From Octopus sinensis (Eukaryota), in assembly GCF_006345805.1 (NCBI RefSeq), contig NW_021833582.1, forward strand, positions 1 to 57,038: a DNA stretch of 57,038 bases, in the 5' to 3' direction. The translations under genes were made by a program, and so were the position numbers. The notes below the pieces were generated by a model, which saw nothing but the letters and a program-made list of their open reading frames with translations, was not told the DNA's origin and made no database searches. How positions within the stretch are numbered: the stretch's first letter is position 1; every line of letters starts with the position of its first letter. Below, piece by piece: positions 50,421-57,038 of this stretch.

Positions 50421-51464
50421 AAAAAGACGGAAGTGGTAAAAAAGGAGGAAAATGGTTTTTTAAAAACAGGAGAGCTGAATCAAAGAGGGAATGGTAAAAA
50501 AGGTGTGCGAGATGACAAGGGTGTGTGTGTGAGTGTGCGCGTGTGTGTGTATGTGTGTGTATGGTGGACAATGGCTAGTAGCAGGCAGTAGTAGAATTAA
50601 AGGAGTGGTGTGGGGGTACCCTAGCAAGTCAGAAAGGCAGATCAGAAACAGGGAGGTATGTGTGTGTGCGTGTGTATGTATGTGTGAGTGTGTGCGTGTG
50701 CGTGTGTGTATGTGTGTGTGAGGCGAGATAAAAAAAACAAAAAATATGTATAAGTTAGTGCGTGCAGGGCGAACAGATGACATAGCAAGTCTTAAGTGAG
50801 TGGTCAGTGGTAAAAAAAGGTGGAAAGAGGGAAGAAGGGAAGGAGGGAAAGGGTGGGGGCGTATGTAACGTGCCAGTGTGTGTGTTGAGTGGTAGTGTGT
50901 GTGTGTCCAGTGTGCGTAGTTGTGTGTATGGCAAGTAAATTTGAAGTGTGTGTAAGTGTAATGTATATATATATGCAAATGTGTGTGTGTGAGTGGGTGT
51001 GTGTATGTGTGTGCGCGTGTGTACAAAAAGGGGGGGGGTTAAGGGAAAAAAACTGCAGCGGAGGGGGGACGGGGGGACGGGGGGACGGGAGGAAGATGGA
51101 AGAGTGGTCCCGCGGCGACAGGCGTGGGAGAACCCAAAGACGCGCCGGCCCCAGATACGGACAGGAGATCTAGTCGGTACCCACGAGCGTGGTGCATGCA
51201 TGCGTGTATGCGTGCGCGAACGTGCACAAGCGTGTATGTGCGCGCGCCTGCGAGTGTGTGCGTAAGTATGTATGTGTGTGGATGTGTGAGTGTGTCTGTG
51301 TGTAAGTCTGGGTGTCAGTGTGTCCGATGAATGTATGTAAGTATGTGTGTGTATATGTGTGTGTATAGATGTGTGTCTCTGTGTGTGTGTGTGTGTGTAT
51401 GTGTATGAGTGTGTATGTATGTACGTGTGTGTGTGTGGAAGTGTGTGTATGTGCATGTGTGCGC

Positions 51465-51545
51465 TTCTACTATAGCCTCGGACGGACCAAAGCCTTGTGA
51501 GTGGATTTGTTACACGGAAACTTGAAGAAGCCCGTCGTATATATG

Positions 51546-51603
<58 letters not shown>

Positions 51604-51800
51604 TGTGTCCGTGTTTGTCCCCCCAACATCGCTAGAGAACCGATGCTGGTGTGTTTACGTCTCCGTAACTTAGCGGTTTGGCAAAGAAGATCGATGGAAT
51701 AAGTACTAGACGTACAAAGAATAGGTCTTGGGGTCGATTTGCTCGACTGGAGGCGGTGCTCTAGTATGGCCGTGGTCAAATTACTGAAACAAGTAAATGA
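51465..51800 (+). mobile_element. SINE (same family as 25632-25990), head missing
   Basis: Shared body: ..aaagccttgtgagtggattt..gaaac..gaagaagcccgtcgtatatat..cgtaacttagcgg..gatcgat..ggggtcgatttgctcgac. Confidence 0.6.
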
Positions 51801-51888
51801 GTAGAGAGTAATTAATTTCTATCTGGTTATTATAGATAATATCCTTTCAGTATTCATTGAATTACTAAATACCGGTTTCTCTCTAAAT

Positions 51889-51938
<50 letters not shown>

Positions 51939-52149
51939 GACATTACAAAGAGTAGTTTGTGGGCTGGACACATACATTGATGAGGTGAATGATGAAATAA
52001 AAAACGCTTGCCGATTTTCTGCTTCTCTAAATCCTTATTTTATTTCAACAGGAAAAAGAAAACAAGATATTGAACATCTCACGACAGTTTTTACAATTAT
52101 TGGACGTAAACATATTTAATATACAATCAACACTAGTCCATTTAGAAAT

Positions 52150-52650
52150 GAGGCGTTGAGTCTCTTACATTTTTACAATTTTATATTTTTTATTTATTTC
52201 TTTTTCCAATAAATTATCATATAATTTAACATTCAGCTTATACAGGTTCCTAGTTTTATCTGATTGTACTATAATTCCGTCTATACTTCTCATTTCTTTT
52301 ATTTTTATAGCTAGATTTCTTAAATATTTATTGTGCCTATTTGGGTATCTATGAAAGTTAATATTTTTCACTATTTTCCAAATATTATCTTCTAAATCCT
52401 GTATTTCCCTATTATAAGGTGGTTCCATTCTAGATATGAATTTTGCATTAATATTAATTAATACTAACTACATCGTTAATATTAGATATATTACAATTAA
52501 TGAAGTAGGCTTTCCATTTAATCCGATTAATAAAATTTTTAACATTAGTTAGTTTCAAAGTATATTCTTTTCTAGATGGGATAAGAATATCTTTCAAAGA
52601 TGAATTCCAAAATAGCCGTTCTATCTTACCTGAAAGCTCCATTACTAACG
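52150..52650 (-). pseudogene. N-terminal fragment of a Penelope-like ORF
   Basis: SLKDILIPSRKEYTLKL..FINRIKWKAYF and PPYNREIQDLEDNIWKIVKNINF..IIVQSDKTRNLYKL..YDNLL..INKKYK match the conserved PLE region that precedes the RT. Confidence 0.75.
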
Positions 52651-53094
52651 AAATAGAAACTTAACTATAATCAACAAACGGTAGTTATAAATATAAATAT
52701 TAAATTCATTTTAGCACACTAAATCAAAAAATTACAAATATATATATATAATTTAGAGACAAACCACTATTTAGTTACTCAGTTATATTCAGTTATATTT
52801 TGACCTGAAGAGTGGCTAAATATTTTAAAATTGAATTAATATTAACTTTCAAGCAGAGAACATGTGCATCAACAGCTTGTCTCTTCACCTGTTACCACTC
52901 TGCACTTTCGTTAAGTCTCAATGTTATCCCCCAAAAGTTTTACTTTCTTCCACATCAGCAATCACTTCCTGATGTTCCCCCACTATTTCTTCAAAATGCC
53001 TTGTTTTGGTTGATTGAAGCAATTTATTCTGTTTAAAATCTTTTCATCTAGCATCATGCGGATATCACTTAGATTTGTACTTTAACATAACCTC

Positions 53095-53290
53095 GAGCTG
53101 GCAGAATCATTAGCACGCCGGGTAGAATGCTTAGCAGCATTTCGTCCATCTTCACGTTCTAAGTTTAAATTCCGCTGAGTTCGACTTTGCCTTTCATCAT
53201 TTCTGGTTCGATAAAATTAGTATCTTGATTACTAGGGTCGATGTAATCGACTTACGGCTTCCTCGATCTTGCTGGCCTTGTGCCAAAACT
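53095..53290 (+). mobile_element. SINE of a second family (further copies 55330-55530 and 55550-55720)
   Basis: Three similar copies of ggcagaatc.ttagcacgccgg..cgttct.agtt.aaatt..tcgactttgcc..ggtcgataa, with a B-box-like motif. Confidence 0.6.
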
Positions 53291-53322
53291 TGAAACCATG
53301 CCGTTGCTGCTGCTGCTGCCGT

Positions 53323-53374
<52 letters not shown>

Positions 53375-53808
53375 GTCATCATAATCATCATTATTATTTC
53401 TACAGCTTTTATTATCTTTCTTTCCATCCATGTTAGTATCATTACTATCATTCTCACAACTGTCATCCTATTCGTTGTATTTGTCAAGGCTTCCGGTATA
53501 GATAGTGGGGGCAAGACTGGGTGGACGCATCACTGGCATGTTTTCAACGTTGATGTGTGAAAGGAAACAAAATAGAAATATGCCGAGTATCCTGTGTTGA
53601 TCAGAGAAAGGAAGAATTTAAAAGTGTATATAATGACTTGCAGTCAACCTACTACAGGAAAACAAACGTCTAACGTTAATGAGGAAGAGGAGAAAATTTT
53701 TTTTACCACGATTTTAAATTACTCTATATGAAAGTATTAGTCCAAGAAGTGACGATAGGATTCAACGAAACAAAACCAACATCGGGATATTAATTCATTG
53801 CACTATTC

Positions 53809-53854
<46 letters not shown>

Positions 53855-54640
53855 AAGAGAGAGAGAGAACAAGCCTAACTTAATCACTTTCCTTCTTCGA
53901 TAGTCTTATCTATCAAGGAACCGCCTCCTTGCATTTTCCATTCCATTCCATCAATCTAGTCCCCCTCGTAATATTTTGGCAGTTGGCAATAAACCAACTG
54001 TTTGTAATAGCTCTATCTCATAATCTGTTTCGATTTTCTCTAGCTGTTTTGCTATTGTTTTCTTTTGCTGTCTCTAATGCACCTACGATTTTACTGATAT
54101 GATACTTACATTCTTTTTTTCCACATACTATTGATTCCATAATTAACTCGTTCTAATTGATTTCCTATTTCGGATCGTTATTATCGCTTATAATCAAATA
54201 TATGCTTAGCAATTTCTTCCAGCTCACTACGTTCTTAGTTCAAATGGTGTCGATGTTGATTTTGCCTTTCATCTTTACAGAGTTGATAAAATAATTATCA
54301 TTGCGGGTAATTAGTAGTTCATGTAATTACCAGTTGAGAAACCCCACCCACAAAACTTCAGGATTATAGCCTGTTGTAGGAAGGATTATTATTAGTAATA
54401 TTTACGTTATTATCGCTTTATTTTATCCCAACTACTCCGACTCTCATTCAGACACATCATGTTGATGTGTGTCATTTGGGATTAGTAATGATATGTCGTA
54501 GGGAGGAACAACATCTGAGAACAAAGTTTCTATTATATTTGTAATGTTTCAGTTTTAAAAGTGTTTTTCGAGAATCAGGTATTTTCAAATCGACTATGTT
54601 TTTCTTAGAATGATAATAGTCGCCACGAGAACATTTTGTT

Positions 54641-54711
<71 letters not shown>

Positions 54712-55914
54712 TAATAATAATAATAAAGAAATTATTGTATACAGTGCACAGGTGCACCACAACTTGTCAAAAGTGCGTATAAAGCATATGCAGTAGTGTA
54801 CAAATGTCTGGGAAGTGACCTGTGTATGAGTTAGATACATGCTTGTGTGTATATGGAGGGGAGAAAATCAGGTGTAGTGTTGGCGAATCTCAGGTAGCAT
54901 GGAAGTTTGAAGGATGCAGTGCTCCGACAACTAACAACTGATGCCGGCAGTTTGTTCCATACTTCAGCAACTCTTAGCGGGAAAAAATGTTTCCGAAAGT
55001 CAAGGAAGCTGTGCTGTTTTCTCTGATACTTTCAGTTTCCCTGATATAGAAATATTTTTGATTACAGATAAGTTCACTGCCAGCAGTTCATCGCCAGGAA
55101 AGTTCACTGCCATCAATTTCACTGCAAGGAAAGTTTACCGAGAAATTATACCCAAAGTATCTCACAATTAATAAATAAAAACTATTTTATTGAAAAAGGA
55201 ACAAAGAACAAAAAAGAAATGTTGAATTAATGACGGTGAACTTTCCCTGCGATGAAGTGAACTTACTGGACATAGTTTTTTAATATTTGTTATTTTTGTA
55301 ATTCTGATACTTTGGGGATTTCCCAATATTTGAGCTGGCAGAATCGTTAGCACGCCGGCAAAGTGCTTAGTGACACTTCATCTGATTATACGTTCTGATT
55401 TCAAATTTCGTCATGGTCGACTTTGCCATTTATTCTTTTGGGGTCGATAAATTAAGTACCAATTGAGTACTGGTGTCGATGAAATCGACTTTCCCCCTCC
55501 CACAAAATTACTGACCTTGTGACAAAATTTGAAATCATTATTATTACGGCAGTGAACTGGCTGAATCGTTATCATGCCAGACGAAATATTTTGCAGTATT
55601 TCGTCCGTCTTTACGTTCTAAGTTCAAATTCCCCTGGGGACGAGTTTGCCTTCCATCGTTTCGAGTTTGATAAGATGGGTAAAATTTGAGTACTGGGCCC
55701 GATATAATCAGCTAGATGCCTCCTCAATATATAAGCAAAAACTCCCCAAACACTTTGAATTATGATTATCTTTCGAGATTTCTGAGTAATAATATTCTGC
55801 TTCCCTACTGTCGCGCAGATTTCGTTCCTACTTTGTTAAATAATCAGCAATGTAAAACAGAGCGTAAGATACAAGGAGTTTCCAGTTCTAAAGCATTATA
55901 CAGAATATACTTTA

Positions 55915-55954
<40 letters not shown>

Positions 55955-55995
55955 CAGAGAGATAGATAGATAGATGATAGATAGATAGATAGATT

Positions 55996-56039
<44 letters not shown>

Positions 56040-56134
56040 TATAGATAGATAGATAGATAGATAGATAGACAGAAAGGCAGATAAATAGATTGATAGAGAG
56101 ATAGATAGATAGATAGATAGATAGACATAAAGGC

Positions 56135-56166
<32 letters not shown>

Positions 56167-56170
56167 TAAA
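55915..56170. repeat. (TA)n and (GATA)n microsatellite
   Basis: Directly visible. Confidence 0.95.
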
Positions 56171-57038
56171 CAAAAATGAAAAGGTAAACCATTTAGCAAG
56201 ACTTGACGAGGACATTAATTTAAATATGTAATAAAAAGGCTATACATTGTCTCTAACAGTTGTTTCTAGAATATCCAAGCTATTGGAACATCGTGCTTAG
56301 CGAGAACTCTATAGGCTGAGCGCATCGTCATCAGAGAGAGAGAGGGGGAGAGAGGCTAGACAGATGTAACATAGTCATCATAGAGGGAGAGGGAGAGAGA
56401 AAGAGAGAGAAAGAGAAGTTAGACAGATGTATCTGTGAAGGAATATTACTCATCCATAATATTATTGTAGTTCATTTTGTCGAGAAAGGAGGAGAAATTC
56501 AATTTTAAAAATCCATTTAAAAATGGGTATTCATTGGGTAGATCTGTGCACAAATAAAGAAAACTGGTAATATCCATTAGTAGAATAAAAAGAGAGAATG
56601 GTTTGATTATAAACCATGACAAGGGAAATAGATATTACTTGTTCCAGTTGGATAGAGACTGAAGTAAAATTGAATATACTACACTATAATAGGACAGGCA
56701 GGTGGGTGTTTTGTATTAGATATATACTAATTGGTATAGCGAGAGGTACTCTTGTTAAAAGCGGTTAGGGGGTGCATGCGCGAACAAAATAGATAGGGAA
56801 TGAAGAGTAGAAGATAACAGACCTACAGGTTGGGTAGCAATGGGAGAGAGAGGATGTATTGAGCGTTATAAAACGGTTGTGAAAAGGTACTGAAAGTCTG
56901 ATGTAGTAGATGGTCTGATATTAATGGAGAAGTTGGGAGAATCAGGGCAAGTTTGGTTGGTATAGTGTTAGAAATAGATGTCCATACTACCAAACAAGAT
57001 GTAAAATTTGATATTTAAGATTAAAATTTAAAAGCTAA

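Noticed and set aside
56430-57038. Possible very old Penelope RT remnant on the minus strand (KHPPACPII resembling the PGRPIV motif)
   Set aside because: A single weak motif with many stops, which cannot be supported without a profile search.

Overview
This is AT-rich animal genomic DNA dense in microsatellites and transposons. The repeat inventory resembles an octopus/coleoid cephalopod genome, which is an inference and not a database match. Host genes: one apparently intact minus-strand gene with three coding exons (49586/49570-49232, 41765-41592, 31346-31108) encodes a probably secreted PAN/Apple + C-type lectin protein of about 255 aa. A dead tandem paralog (exons 4368-4031 and 837-662) runs off the left edge. 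The rest is mobile DNA: a Tc2/pogo element, a Kolobok-like MITE, Helitron pieces, a near-complete CR1-group LINE with an unusual Myb/SANT + CCCH ORF1, a Tx1 LINE relic, at least seven R4/Dong-clade LINE pieces bounded by (TAA)n tracts, SINEs, and several Penelope-like elements (PLEs). The most striking signal is a set of fold-back elements whose arms carry type I minimal hammerhead ribozymes. Six have an intact core, one has a single core substitution, and three are degenerate. They include a 384-bp near-perfect hairpin without a coding ORF. All alignments and folds were done by eye, and most TE boundaries are approximate.
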